Shown here: in pieces, positions 53,225 to 63,487 of the stretch | Numbering within the stretch: position 1 is the stretch's first letter | How the letters are laid out: each line of letters opens with the position of its first letter | From: Alphaproteobacteria bacterium | Lineage (GTDB): Bacteria > Pseudomonadota > Alphaproteobacteria > Bin95 | Reading direction: 5' to 3' | Length of the DNA stretch: 64,000 nt | Assembly (NCBI GenBank): GCA_963665325.3 | Contig: CAXXWS020000003.1 | Location: forward strand, 256,001-320,000 | Notes under the pieces: model-generated | Databases searched by the model: none | What the model saw: the letters and a program-made list of their open reading frames with translations, nothing else | What the model was told of the DNA's origin: nothing | Program-made: the position numbers and the translations under genes

Positions 53225-54655
53225 ATGACGGCCAGGGCTCTGATGGTGCAGGGGACCGGCTCGGATGCGGGCAAATCCCTCATCGTGGCGGGCCTTTGCC
53301 GGGCCTGGGCGCGGCGCGGCTTTCGGGTCAGGCCGTTCAAGGCGCAGAACATGTCGAACAATGCCGCGGTCACGCCGGAGGGCGGCGAGATCGGGCGTGC
53401 TCAGGCGCTACAGGCGCGGGCCGCCGGGGTCGCGCCCCATGTCGACATGAATCCGGTGCTGCTGAAGCCCGAATCGGAGCTCGGCGCGCAGGTCGTGCTG
53501 GCGGGCCGCGCCGTGGGCCGGGCGGACGCGAAGGACTATGCCTGCCTGAAGGGCAGCTTGCTGGAGGGTGCGCTCGACGCTTTCCACAGGCTTTCCGCCG
53601 ATGCCGACCTGGTGCTGGTCGAAGGGGCGGGAAGCGCCTCGGAGATCAACCTCCGCGAGGGCGACATCGCCAATATGGGCTTCGCCGAAGCGGCCGGGCT
53701 GCCGGTGGTGCTGATCGCCGATATCGACCGGGGCGGCGTCATCGCGGCGATTGCCGGCACGCGCCATGTGCTGGCGCCGGCCGATGCGGCCAGGCTCTGC
53801 GGCTATATCGTCAACAAGTTCCGCGGCGACCCCGCCCTGTTCGATCCGGCGGTCCCGGCGCTGGAGCGGCTGGCCGGGCTGCCCTGCCTCGGCGTACTGC
53901 CCTGGTTCGAGGACGCGCGGAAGCTGCCAGCGGAGGATTCCATGGCGCTGGAGGCGGACCGGCTCGAGACCGGCCATCCGCGTGCGGCGGCGTTCCGCTA
54001 TCCCCGCATCGCCAATTTCGACGACCTCGACCCGCTGGCCGGCGAGATCGGCGTCCGTTTCGTCGCGCCGGGCGAGGCGCTGCCGGGCGATATCGACCTC
54101 GCGGTGCTGCCGGGCAGCAAGAACACGCGGTCCGATCTCGCCTTCCTGTTCGAACAGGGCTGGGACATCGACATCCGCGCCCATCTGCGTCGCGGCGGTC
54201 GCGTGCTGGGGCTCTGCGGCGGCTTCCAGATGCTGGGCCGGCTCGTGTCGGACCCGGACGGCGTGGAAGGGCCGCCGGGATCGAGCGCAGGGCTCGGCCT
54301 GCTCGACATCGAGACGGTGCTGACTGGCGAAAAACGCACCGTGCCGGTCAGGACCGCCGACGGGCTCACCGGCTACGAAATCCATACGGGCCGCTCGTCC
54401 GGGCCCGGCCTGGCGCGTCCCTTCCTGCACCTTGACGGACGGCCGGAGGGCGCGGTTTCCGATGACGGCCTGGTGTTCGGCACCTATTGCCACGGCCTGT
54501 TCGCGAACGACGGGTTCCGCGAACGCTTCCTCGCGCGCATGGGCGCCGAACGGAAACGCGCTTACGAAGCGGAAATCGACGCCGTGCTGGACCGTCTCGC
54601 GGACCATCTGGAAGCGCATCTCGACCTGGACCGCCTGCTCGCGCTCGCCAGCTGA
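53225..54655 (+). CDS. cobQ: Cobyric acid synthase
   Basis: [49 protein letters not shown]. Confidence 0.96.
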   Translation: MTARALMVQGTGSDAGKSLIVAGLCRAWARRGFRVRPFKAQNMSNNAAVTPEGGEIGRAQALQARAAGVAPHVDMNPVLLKPESELGAQVVLAGRAVGRADAKDYACLKGSLLEGALDAFHRLSADADLVLVEGAGSASEINLREGDIANMGFAEAAGLPVVLIADIDRGGVIAAIAGTRHVLAPADAARLCGYIVNKFRGDPALFDPAVPALERLAGLPCLGVLPWFEDARKLPAEDSMALEADRLETGHPRAAAFRYPRIANFDDLDPLAGEIGVRFVAPGEALPGDIDLAVLPGSKNTRSDLAFLFEQGWDIDIRAHLRRGGRVLGLCGGFQMLGRLVSDPDGVEGPPGSSAGLGLLDIETVLTGEKRTVPVRTADGLTGYEIHTGRSSGPGLARPFLHLDGRPEGAVSDDGLVFGTYCHGLFANDGFRERFLARMGAERKRAYEAEIDAVLDRLADHLEAHLDLDRLLALAS

Positions 54656-54675
54656 GGCGAAGTGGAGCGCTGCAG

Positions 54676-55134
54676 CTACAACAACCCGAGTTCGCTGAGT
54701 TCCGCGGCGAGGCGCGGCGGGAGCGAGTCGCCCTCAGCGTCGTAGCCGGGCGGTAGATCCGGCGGCGCGTCCTCGCCGCGCAGGTAGCGCCAGCCCTGGA
54801 AGGGGCGGTGGGCGCGCGGCACGACGCGGACCAGCGCATCGTCCAGCAGGATCGCGCAACTCGGCCTGCCGCCTGCGCCCGGCGCCGGCTCGAGCGCCAG
54901 AATGCGCTGCCGCGCCTGCACGAAGCCCTTGACGACCCAGTAGATCGACCCGCCGCCATCGAGTATCTCGTCGCCGCGCCGGGGCGTCATTCGGGTGATA
55001 TGGCGTGCGATGGCACGGCCTTCCACGGTCTTCCAGTAGGCGCGGCGGCGCTCCTGCCAATCCGCCAGCCCTTCGACGCTCTCGGTGCCTACCGACAGCT
55101 TGATGAGGTGCAGCCCGCTCTTGTCCGCGTCCAT
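54676..55134 (-). CDS. DUF1489 family protein
   Basis: LHLIKLSVG, TRMTPRR, GGSIYWVVKG, RPFQGWRYL, ELSELGLL. Confidence 0.88.
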   Translation of the reverse strand: MDADKSGLHLIKLSVGTESVEGLADWQERRRAYWKTVEGRAIARHITRMTPRRGDEILDGGGSIYWVVKGFVQARQRILALEPAPGAGGRPSCAILLDDALVRVVPRAHRPFQGWRYLRGEDAPPDLPPGYDAEGDSLPPRLAAELSELGLL

Positions 55135-55183
55135 GGCCCCGCTATAGTCGCCCGGTCAGCACCGAAGCAAGGAGAGCCTGCCC

Positions 55184-55675
55184 GTGTCGGACCAGAAGAC
55201 CGTCACTTTCCCGGTCGAAGGCGCGCATGTGATGATGTTCGCCCGCTCGATCGGAGACTACAACCCCGCCTATCACGATCCGGGAAATGGCGAGGGCAAC
55301 CCGATGGGCGCGCAGGTGGCGCCGCCCACCTTCCCGCAGGCGGTGGCCCAGTTCGACCCCGAATACCCGCTGCGCATCAAGGACGGCGAGGCATGGTTCG
55401 GGTCCGGCGGCACGCCGTCCGGCGTCGAGGGCAAGCCTGCCACTTCGGGCGGGCTCCATGCCGAGCAGCATTTCGAATACACGCGCCCGATCCGGCCCGG
55501 CGACGTGCTGACCGTGCGCTACAGCGAGGGCGAGACCTGGGAGAAGGAGAGCCGGCGCGCCGGCAAGCTCACCTTCACGGAGCGCCTGGTGGATTACTAC
55601 GACCAGGACGGCAACCATGTGTGCCGCGCGCGCGGCGTCGGCGTGAAGACCGAACGGCCGGTCGATCAGGGATAA
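55184..55675 (+). CDS. MaoC-like hotdog dehydratase, N-terminal-type subunit
   Basis: FARSIGD, APPTF, LHAEQHFEYTRPIRPGD. Confidence 0.85.
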   Translation: MSDQKTVTFPVEGAHVMMFARSIGDYNPAYHDPGNGEGNPMGAQVAPPTFPQAVAQFDPEYPLRIKDGEAWFGSGGTPSGVEGKPATSGGLHAEQHFEYTRPIRPGDVLTVRYSEGETWEKESRRAGKLTFTERLVDYYDQDGNHVCRARGVGVKTERPVDQG

Positions 55676-55689
55676 GGGGGAAACAACCG

Positions 55690-56106
55690 ATGAAAGCCAG
55701 TGAAGTCTCGGTCGGCCAGACCTTCGAGAAGGTCGTCGTCGAGGACCTGAAACGCACCCAGCTTGTCATGTATTCGGGCACCAGCGGCGACTACAACCCG
55801 CTGCACACCGACGACCTCTACTGCAAGGAGGCCGCGGGCTATCCGGGCGTGTTCGCGCACGGCATGCTGACAATGGGCATGACCGGCACGCTCGTCACCG
55901 ACCTGTTCGGGGCGGAGAATGTGCGCAAATACGGCGTGCGCTTCACCAACCAGGTCTGGCCCGGCGACACGCTGACCGCCACCGCCACGGTGCAGGAAAT
56001 CCGCGACGAGGACGGTCAGGCGATGGCGGAGATCGGCATCGAGACCAAGAACCAAGACGGCAAGACCGTCGTTCTCGGCTCCGCCACGGGCCTTCTGGAA
56101 GGCTGA
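55690..56106 (+). CDS. MaoC family dehydratase, catalytic subunit
   Basis: YSGTSGDYNPLH, FAHGML, VRFTNQVWPGD. Confidence 0.88.
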   Translation: MKASEVSVGQTFEKVVVEDLKRTQLVMYSGTSGDYNPLHTDDLYCKEAAGYPGVFAHGMLTMGMTGTLVTDLFGAENVRKYGVRFTNQVWPGDTLTATATVQEIRDEDGQAMAEIGIETKNQDGKTVVLGSATGLLEG

Positions 56107-56136
56107 ACGAAGACCGAAGCCGGGGGACAGAACATC

Positions 56137-57621
56137 ATGACGGCATGGGATGTCGCGGTCGTCGGCTGCGGCAACGCAGCGCTTTGCGCGGCGATTTCGG
56201 CGCGCGAGCAGGGCGCCCGCGTGATCGTGCTCGAAAAGGCCACGGAGGAGGAGCGGGGTGGCAATTCCTTCTTCACCGCCGGCGGCTTCCGCTTCGTCCA
56301 TGACGGGCTGGAGGATGTCAGCACCGATGTGCTGACCGACCTCTCGGAAGCGGAGAAGGCGCGCATCGAGCTGCCCACCCATGACCGGCAGTTCTTCTAC
56401 GACACGATGATGAAGGTGACGCGCCACCAGGCCGAGGAGGACCTTGCCTGGACGCTGATCGACGATTCCCGCCCGGCCATGGCGTGGCTGCGCGGGAACG
56501 GCGTGCGCTTCGTGCCGATGTTCGGCCGCCAGTCCTACGAGGTGGACGGCAAGCAGGTCTTCTACGGCGGCGTGAATATCGAGGCCGTCGGCGGCGGGGC
56601 GGGGCTGGTGGACTTCCTGCTGCGCCGGGCCGAGGCGGTCGGCATCGAGATCCGCTACGAAACCGGCGCGACCGGCCTCGTCCAGGACGATACCGGGCGC
56701 ATCACCGGGCTCCGGCTGCGCACGCCGGAGGGCTACGAGGTGCTGGAGACCGGCTCGGTGGTGCTCGCCTGCGGGGGCTTCGAGGCCAATCCGGAGATGC
56801 GGGCGCGCTATCTCGGCCACGGCTGGGACCTCTGCCGCGTGCGCGGCACTCGCCACAATACCGGCGACGGCATCCGCATGGCGCTGGAGGCCGGCGCGCG
56901 GCCGCACGGCAACTGGTCCGGCTGCCATTCGGTCGGCTGGGACATCTCAGCCCCGCCTTACGGGGACCGCGCCGTCGGCGACAATTTCCAGAAGCACAGC
57001 TATCCGCTCGGCATCATGGTGAACCTCAGTGGCGAGCGCTTCGTCGATGAGGGCGAGGACTACCGCAACCTCACCTATGTGCGCTTCGGCCGCGCCATCA
57101 TGGGGCAGCCGCACCGCTGGTGCGCGCAGATCTTCGACGCGAAGACCGTCCACATGCTGCGCGACGAATACCGCATCCGCGAGGTCACCAAGGTGGAGGC
57201 GGACTCGATCGAGGAACTGGCGGCCGGGCTGGAGATCGACCCGGCGGCGCTTGGCCGCACGATCGGCGAATACAACGCCGCCTGCCGGTCCTCGAACGCC
57301 TACAATCCCGCCGTGCTGGACGGAGTCTCGACCGAGGGGCTGAGCCCGGACAAGACCAACTGGGCGCTGCCCCTCGACAGCCCGCCCTATGTCGCCTTCG
57401 TCACCACCACGGGCATCACCTTCACCTTCGGCGGCCTGCAGATCGACGACCGCAACCGCGTGCAGGACCTTTCCGGGCGCCCGATGGACGGGCTCTACGC
57501 CGCGGGCGAACTGGTGGGCGGCCTCTTCTTCGAGAACTATCCGGGCGGCTCGGGCCTCATGTCCGGCAGCGTGTTCGGCCGCCGCGCCGGCCGCTTCGCC
57601 GCGGAGTATGCCTGCGGGTAG
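56137..57621 (+). CDS. tcuA: TcuA-like FAD-dependent dehydrogenase
   Basis: VVGCGNAALCAA, RGGNS, GGFEAN, VRGT..NTGDG, GITFTFGGL, AAGELVGG, NYPGGSGL. Confidence 0.8.
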   Translation: MTAWDVAVVGCGNAALCAAISAREQGARVIVLEKATEEERGGNSFFTAGGFRFVHDGLEDVSTDVLTDLSEAEKARIELPTHDRQFFYDTMMKVTRHQAEEDLAWTLIDDSRPAMAWLRGNGVRFVPMFGRQSYEVDGKQVFYGGVNIEAVGGGAGLVDFLLRRAEAVGIEIRYETGATGLVQDDTGRITGLRLRTPEGYEVLETGSVVLACGGFEANPEMRARYLGHGWDLCRVRGTRHNTGDGIRMALEAGARPHGNWSGCHSVGWDISAPPYGDRAVGDNFQKHSYPLGIMVNLSGERFVDEGEDYRNLTYVRFGRAIMGQPHRWCAQIFDAKTVHMLRDEYRIREVTKVEADSIEELAAGLEIDPAALGRTIGEYNAACRSSNAYNPAVLDGVSTEGLSPDKTNWALPLDSPPYVAFVTTTGITFTFGGLQIDDRNRVQDLSGRPMDGLYAAGELVGGLFFENYPGGSGLMSGSVFGRRAGRFAAEYACG

Positions 57622-57625
57622 CGCC

Positions 57626-58888
57626 TTACGGCGTGGCGGCCACCGGCAGGGATTCGAGGCCGCGCAGCACGATGCTGGGGCGGAACTCCGCCGGCGGGCC
57701 CGCAAGGCGGATCGAGGAGAACCGCTCCAGCAGCACCTCGATGGCGATGCGCGCCTCCAGGCGGGCGAGCGGCGCGCCGATGCAGGCATGGATGCCGCGG
57801 CCGAACGAGATATGGCTGTTGCCCTCGCGCCCGACATCGAGTCCGTCCGGGTCCTCGAATTGCTCGGGGTCCCGGTTGGCGCCGCCGATTAGCACCACAA
57901 TGTCCTCGCCCCGCTTCACCGGGAAGCCGTTCACGTCGCAATCCTGCACGATGCGGCGCAGGTCCAGCTGCACGGGCGAATCGTAGCGGAGAAGCTCCTC
58001 CACCGCCGACGGGATGAGCGCGGGGTCGTCCCGGAGCCGCTGCAATTGCTCGGGATGGCGTAGCAGCGCGAGCATGCCGTTGCCGATCAGGTTGACGGTC
58101 GTCTCGTTGCCGGCGACCAGCAGCAGCCGCAGCAGGGCAATCATCTCGTCCTCGTCCAGCCGGTCGCCCTCTTCCTCGGCCTGGGCGAGCCCGCTCAGAA
58201 TGTCGTCCTTGGGGTCGGCGCGGCGTTCCCTGACGAGCGGCACGAAATAGGCGTTGAGATCCTCGCCGGCGAGAACGGCGTCCGCGCGTTCCTCGGCGCC
58301 GATCGTCGGCTCCAGGATGCGCGCCCGGCGGTCGGACCAGCTCCGGAACCGGGGCCGGTCTTCCACGGGCACACCGAGCATTTCCGCGATCACGATCACC
58401 GGCAGCGGCCTGGCAACGGCCTCCATGAGATCGAAGCCGGACAGGTCCTCGATCCCGTCCAGCAGCTCATGCATGAGGCTGCGGATATGGGGCTCCCGCG
58501 CATTCACCGCCCGCGGCGTGAACGCCTTGCTGACCAGTCCGCGCAGGCGGCGGTGGTCGGGCGGGTCCAGCGAAAGCAGGGACGGCGTGCCGGGGTCCGG
58601 AATAACCGTCCGCTTGCCCGGCCTCTTGGCCTTCCTGCCGTCGCTGGAGAAGCGCTGCCAGTCGCGAAGTATCTCGTCCACATCCGGGAAGCGGCTGAAT
58701 ATCCACGCATTCAGCAGCCGGCTACGGTGCGCCTGGCCCTTGTCGCGCAACGCCGCATAAGCGGGATAGGGGTTCTGCGTGTTCCGGCGCGCCACCGGGT
58801 TGTAGGCGCGGCCGCTCTCGAGGCGCTCGCGCATGAGCATCGCCTGCATCGCGGTCTTGCGGACCGCCTGCTTCAGGGATAGCGCCAT
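57626..58888 (-). CDS. Cytochrome P450
   Basis: DPPDHRRLR, AGNETT, EELLR (ExxR), heme motif FGRGIHACIG. Confidence 0.95.
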   Translation of the reverse strand: MALSLKQAVRKTAMQAMLMRERLESGRAYNPVARRNTQNPYPAYAALRDKGQAHRSRLLNAWIFSRFPDVDEILRDWQRFSSDGRKAKRPGKRTVIPDPGTPSLLSLDPPDHRRLRGLVSKAFTPRAVNAREPHIRSLMHELLDGIEDLSGFDLMEAVARPLPVIVIAEMLGVPVEDRPRFRSWSDRRARILEPTIGAEERADAVLAGEDLNAYFVPLVRERRADPKDDILSGLAQAEEEGDRLDEDEMIALLRLLLVAGNETTVNLIGNGMLALLRHPEQLQRLRDDPALIPSAVEELLRYDSPVQLDLRRIVQDCDVNGFPVKRGEDIVVLIGGANRDPEQFEDPDGLDVGREGNSHISFGRGIHACIGAPLARLEARIAIEVLLERFSSIRLAGPPAEFRPSIVLRGLESLPVAATP

Positions 58889-58954
58889 CACCGTCTCCCC
58901 TGCGTGGACGCAGTCCTTATTCCGCCCCGTTCTTACTCCCGGAGCGGCCCATTA

Positions 58955-59794
58955 TCAATGCGACATCAGCACGGGCACGGTCGTGTCGCGCAGCAGCGAT
59001 TCCGTCACGCCGCCGAAGGCCCATTCGCGCATTCTGGAATGCCCCCAGGCGCCGCTGACGATGAGGTCGATGCCGCGGTCGCCCACATGCGCCAGCACGA
59101 TGTCGGAGACCGATATTCCGTCGGCGACCGTGTTCGCGGCCTCGGCATTCACGCCATGGCGGGCAAGGTGCAATGCGATGTTGGCGCTCGGGATTTCGCC
59201 GTGGTCGCCGCCGGATCCCCGGTGCGGATTGACCGACAGCACGACCACCTTTTCCGCCCGGCGCAGCAGCGGCATGGCGTCGTTGACCGCCCTGGTCGCC
59301 TCGCGGCTCGCGTTCCAGCACACCAGCACATCCCGGCCCACCGGGTCGAAACGGCCGGAGTTCGGCACGACGAGGACGGGCCTGCCGCAGCTCATGGTCA
59401 GGTCTGCCGCCAGGTCCGGATAGGGGTAGAGGTCGGGCTCGGCCGCGCTGCCCTTGCCGACCACAACGAGGTCCGCATAGCGCGCATGCATCGCGGTAAC
59501 CCGGCCGACGGGCCCGGCCGCCATGCGCCATTCGGCATGCACTCCGGCCCTGTCCGCGATCTCCTGGAAGCGCTGGCGGGCGGCATCGCCCTCCCCGCGC
59601 ACTCTCTCTACCGCGGCTTCCAGCGCGCCGACCGGCATGCCTGCGGCCATCCAGGTCGGAATCGGCTGGTCGGGGGTAACGAAAACCCCGGTCAGATGGC
59701 CATCGTCCGGCCGGGCGAGTTCGGCGGCGATGCGGATGCGTTCGCCCGCGCGCTCGCTGCCATCCACATGCACGAGAATGTTCCTGAGTTCCAT
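58955..59794 (-). CDS. Universal stress protein (tandem Usp)
   Basis: ILVHVD, ARYADLVVVG, GRPVLVVP, WNASREA, GAWGHSR, VPVLMSH. Confidence 0.92.
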   Translation of the reverse strand: MELRNILVHVDGSERAGERIRIAAELARPDDGHLTGVFVTPDQPIPTWMAAGMPVGALEAAVERVRGEGDAARQRFQEIADRAGVHAEWRMAAGPVGRVTAMHARYADLVVVGKGSAAEPDLYPYPDLAADLTMSCGRPVLVVPNSGRFDPVGRDVLVCWNASREATRAVNDAMPLLRRAEKVVVLSVNPHRGSGGDHGEIPSANIALHLARHGVNAEAANTVADGISVSDIVLAHVGDRGIDLIVSGAWGHSRMREWAFGGVTESLLRDTTVPVLMSH

Positions 59795-59865
59795 CGCACC
59801 CCCTCCGGTTGCGAGCGGCAGCGACCGCTCCCTTCACCTCGATATGGTATGCCGGAGCGGCGTTT

Positions 59866-61002
59866 TTAAGCGCCGGGTATATCCCGCAGCATGGCGCGGG
59901 CGATCTGCTGCTGCTGGATCTGCGAGGTGCCTTCGAAGATGCGGAACAGCCGCGTGTCGCGGTAGAGGCGGGCGACGGCGTTCCCGGCCATATAGCCCTG
60001 CCCGCCGAGGATCTGGACCGCCTTGTCGGCGACCCGGCTCACCATTTCGGAGGCGAAATACTTGGCGCAGGCAATGTCCGCAAAGGGCAGCGGGCGCTGT
60101 TCGAACCGCCGGGCGCAGTCCAGCACCATCGCCTCGGCCGCATAGGTGTCGGCGCGCATGTCGGCGAGCATCGCCTGCACGAGCTGGTGCTCGCTGATGG
60201 CCTTGCCGAACTGGCGGCGCTCACGGGCATAGCGCACCGCCTCGACGACCAGCCGCTTCGCCTGCCCGACGCAGGTGGCGGCGACATGGGTGCGCGCATG
60301 GTTGATGCCGCGCAGCGCCGCCTTGAGCCCGAGCCCCTCCTGCCCCCCGACCAGCGCGTCCCCGGGCACCCGGCAGTCCTCCAGATAGACCTCCGAGACC
60401 CTGGACCCGCGGTGCCCCATCATCTCGACGGGCTCGCCCGCGCGAATGCCCGGCGTGCCGGCATCGACGGCGAAGGCCGAGACGCCGCCGGCGCCCGGCC
60501 CGCCCGTGCGCGCCATGACCAGGAACATGTCGGCGTCCGCCGCGTTGGTGATGTAGCGCTTGGTGCCGTTCAGCACATAGTCCGCGCCGTCGCGCACGGC
60601 CGTCGTCGCGAGGTTCGCCGCGTCGGAGCCGTAGTCGGGCTCGGTCAGCGAGAAGGCGCCGGTGCAGCGGCCTTCCGCCATGGCGGGCAGGTATTTCAGC
60701 TTCTGCGCCTCCGTGGCGAAGTCGAGGAGCGCCTGGCTGCAGAGCCCGATCGTGGTCGAGAAGCGCGCGCGGAACACGGCCGAGGCCCGGGTGAAGGCGA
60801 AGGTGAGCCGCACCTGCTGCTCCTGGCTGAGGCCGAGCCCTCCGTATTCCTCCGGGATCGAGATGGCGAAGAGGCGCATCTCGCAAATCCGCCGCACAAG
60901 GTCCTCGGGCACATGGCCCAGCTCTTCCACGCGTTCCTCGCTGGGAATCAGCTCCTCGCGCGTGAACGCCTCGACCTGGGCCAGATAAGCCTCGAAATCC
61001 AT
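59866..61002 (-). CDS. Acyl-CoA dehydrogenase family protein
   Basis: IPEEYGGLG, LTEPDYGSDA, NGTKRYITNA, RRQFGK, RIFEGTSQIQ. Confidence 0.92.
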   Translation of the reverse strand: MDFEAYLAQVEAFTREELIPSEERVEELGHVPEDLVRRICEMRLFAISIPEEYGGLGLSQEQQVRLTFAFTRASAVFRARFSTTIGLCSQALLDFATEAQKLKYLPAMAEGRCTGAFSLTEPDYGSDAANLATTAVRDGADYVLNGTKRYITNAADADMFLVMARTGGPGAGGVSAFAVDAGTPGIRAGEPVEMMGHRGSRVSEVYLEDCRVPGDALVGGQEGLGLKAALRGINHARTHVAATCVGQAKRLVVEAVRYARERRQFGKAISEHQLVQAMLADMRADTYAAEAMVLDCARRFEQRPLPFADIACAKYFASEMVSRVADKAVQILGGQGYMAGNAVARLYRDTRLFRIFEGTSQIQQQQIARAMLRDIPGA

Positions 61003-61167
61003 GCCGTTACCCAAAGTCGTCGCCCCCCGCACACCCCGGAAGGCGTCATGATATGTCATGTTTTGTCATGAGGCCCGCCGGAAATGTCATGTTTGGAGAT
61101 TACAAAGATGACTTGGCATTTTCTACCGGACTCCCTATATTCCAAGGTGTTGAAGGGGAGAGCAGTC

Positions 61168-62145
61168 ATGGCGAAGAGCGCACCCGGAAAGGCCCACCGC
61201 GAAGGACTCACCATCGTCGAGTTGATGGATATGTTCCCGACCGAGGAAGCCGCGTCGGACTGGTTCGAGTCGGTGATTTGGCCGGACGGTCGGCACTGTC
61301 CGAAATGCGGTTGTGCGGAGACGCGCGAGGTTCCGAACGCGAAACCGATGCCTTACTGGTGCAAGGACTGTCGATCTTACTTCTCGGTGAAGACCGGAAC
61401 CGCCATGCAGCGGTCGAAAATCCCGCTCCGCAAGTGGGCAATCGCCATCTATCTCTGCCTTACTTCGCTCAAGTCGGTTTCGTCGATGAAGCTGCAACGC
61501 GACATCGGAGTTTCGCAGCCGACCGCATGGTTCATGCTTCACCGCATCCGGCAGGCATGGGCGGTTGACGACGACGACCAGTTTGACGGCCCTGTAGAGG
61601 TCGATGAGAGTTACTTCGGCGGTCGCCAAGCGAACATGCCGAAGGCAAAGCGCAAGACGCTCGCGGGCGGTGGCACGGCCCATATGACGGCAGTTAGCGG
61701 CGCGAAGGATCGCGACAGCAACGAAGTCCGGGCGGAAGTCATAACCGATACGACCAAGCCGACCTTGCAGGGTATTGTGCGCGAGCATGTCGAGCCCGGC
61801 GCGGCCGTCTATACCGACGAGCACCGCAGCTATGTCGGACTCGATGCGGATTTTGACCATGGAACGGTCAATCATCGCGTTGGCGAGTATGTGGACGGCA
61901 TGATCCACACCAACGGCATGGTGAGCTTCTGGGCCATGCTCAAGCGGGCACACAAGGGCACCTTCCACAAGATCAGCCCGAAACATCTTGAGCGTTATGT
62001 CGATGACTTTGCGGGCAAGCATAATCACTGCGAATCAGGCACCCTTGCCCAAATGCGGGATACCGTCGCCCGGCTCGTCGGCCGCCGGCTTCTCTACCGC
62101 GACCTTATCGCGGACAACGGGCTTTCGTCGGGTTCCGGGGCGTAG
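61168..62145 (+). CDS. IS1595 family transposase
   Basis: Zn ribbon CPKCG...CKDC, HTH (TAWFMLHRIR), VEVDESYFGG, YTDEHRSY, HTNGMVSFW, HLERYVDDF. Confidence 0.95.
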   Translation: MAKSAPGKAHREGLTIVELMDMFPTEEAASDWFESVIWPDGRHCPKCGCAETREVPNAKPMPYWCKDCRSYFSVKTGTAMQRSKIPLRKWAIAIYLCLTSLKSVSSMKLQRDIGVSQPTAWFMLHRIRQAWAVDDDDQFDGPVEVDESYFGGRQANMPKAKRKTLAGGGTAHMTAVSGAKDRDSNEVRAEVITDTTKPTLQGIVREHVEPGAAVYTDEHRSYVGLDADFDHGTVNHRVGEYVDGMIHTNGMVSFWAMLKRAHKGTFHKISPKHLERYVDDFAGKHNHCESGTLAQMRDTVARLVGRRLLYRDLIADNGLSSGSGA

Positions 62146-62241
62146 CGGCTCCGTCCTACGAAATAGCGCCTTCGCCAGCGTCTCCGGCGTAGCGCCCACC
62201 AAGTCGCGGACCGGGTCCAGTATCGGAACACCTTTCGTCAT
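62035..62241 (-). CDS. Small hypothetical protein antisense-overlapping the transposase 3' end
   Basis: GGAGG RBS upstream of ATG 62241; MTKGVPILDPVRDLVGATPETLAKALFRR. Confidence 0.4.
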   Translation of the reverse strand: MTKGVPILDPVRDLVGATPETLAKALFRRTEPLRPGTRRKPVVRDKVAVEKPAADEPGDGIPHLGKGA

Positions 62242-62462
62242 TTTCAGCCTCCGTTGACTCTCTGCGTTGATTCGGACGACCATCCTTCTTTCACCAATTC
62301 AAGCGCCCCGCTCTGTCGGGTCGCCTGCTGAATACAACAGCCTGACCCGGCAAGGGGGTTGCTCCCCGCGCTTGGCGAATAGGCGGGACTCTCCATTCGC
62401 TTGGATTGGTGCAACGGCCCGACGCCAGCCGGCGGCCGGGAACGAGCGGAAGGGCGATCCCG

Positions 62463-62948
62463 ATGAAGAAGCTCGTTGCGGCCTGCGCCGCAGCCATCAC
62501 CATTTATTCGGCACAGGGCCAAGCCCAGACGATCTCCAAGGACGAATATCGGGACAAGGTCCTCGTCCTGTTCGAGGAGTTCCTGCAAATGAAGACGGAT
62601 GGCGTCTTCCTGGACCAAGCGACGATCAAGGCGCTCGGACGAAACTTCAAATTCCCGAACGCCATCCGAGGCAACAATCCCCCCGGCGGGTGGTTTGCCC
62701 GCCCACCTGGTAGCGATTGGGTCAAGCGCGTCGAGGCCCTCGATGACACCGGTCACAAGTTCGTTTGCTTCGACATTCCGGCGCTGCCCAGCGAGTCGGG
62801 GGTCTGCGGTTTCGACTTGGTGTCGCTCCACACCGGTATTCTCGATCAAGGAGCGGTCAGCTTTCTCGATGCGCTTGCAGCGAAGTTCTGGCTCGCCACC
62901 ATCTGCCACCGGACCCCGGCAGCGTGCGAGCGTTACATCGACGACTAA
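62463..62948 (+). CDS. Exported hypothetical protein (IS passenger)
   Basis: Sec signal MKKLVAACAAAITIYSAQGQA; four Cys in the mature part. Confidence 0.7.
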   Translation: MKKLVAACAAAITIYSAQGQAQTISKDEYRDKVLVLFEEFLQMKTDGVFLDQATIKALGRNFKFPNAIRGNNPPGGWFARPPGSDWVKRVEALDDTGHKFVCFDIPALPSESGVCGFDLVSLHTGILDQGAVSFLDALAAKFWLATICHRTPAACERYIDD

Positions 62949-63004
62949 CGCGCCGACATGTTCACCAAGCTCAATGCGGCCATCGACTGCGTGGACAAGC
63001 AGCA

Positions 63005-63487
63005 TTAGCTGCTACCCGAGCGGAGGAAGGGCGGGAGTTCTCGGCCCGCCGCCTTCGCGTATTGGACCAAGGCGGCCTTGGTGAATTGATCGTTCGCCGG
63101 GTCGGCGCCGAGCAAGAACAGCATTGCGTGGTAGGGATCACCGCTCCGGTGTTCCAGCTTCCGCTGCTTTACCGCCAGCCGTAGACGGGCCAACTCTTCC
63201 TGCACGACCGGCCGTTGCAACGAGGACTCGGTTGGCGGCAGGCCATGCCACATGCAGGCGGCGTATTTGAGCGGTAGAACATTGAATTCCTGCCAGTCCA
63301 TCGTGGCAGCCGACTGCCGTTTCCCTGAACGCAATTTGAGCCACGTCGCCCGTATTTCGTCTCGATAGACGTACGGCAGGGCTATGCCACTGATTACGGT
63401 GACGGCGACCCAAGCCCAGAGCGGAAACAGGGCAACACTCACGGATTCTGCTCCGAGAATGAAGACTGCTGGAAGCCACCGGCGCAT
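63005..63487 (-). CDS. Membrane-anchored hypothetical protein (IS passenger)
   Basis: 160-aa ORF, hydrophobic N-terminus (SVALFPLWAWVAVTVISGIALPYVY) followed by a soluble domain. Confidence 0.55.
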   Translation of the reverse strand: MRRWLPAVFILGAESVSVALFPLWAWVAVTVISGIALPYVYRDEIRATWLKLRSGKRQSAATMDWQEFNVLPLKYAACMWHGLPPTESSLQRPVVQEELARLRLAVKQRKLEHRSGDPYHAMLFLLGADPANDQFTKAALVQYAKAAGRELPPFLRSGSS

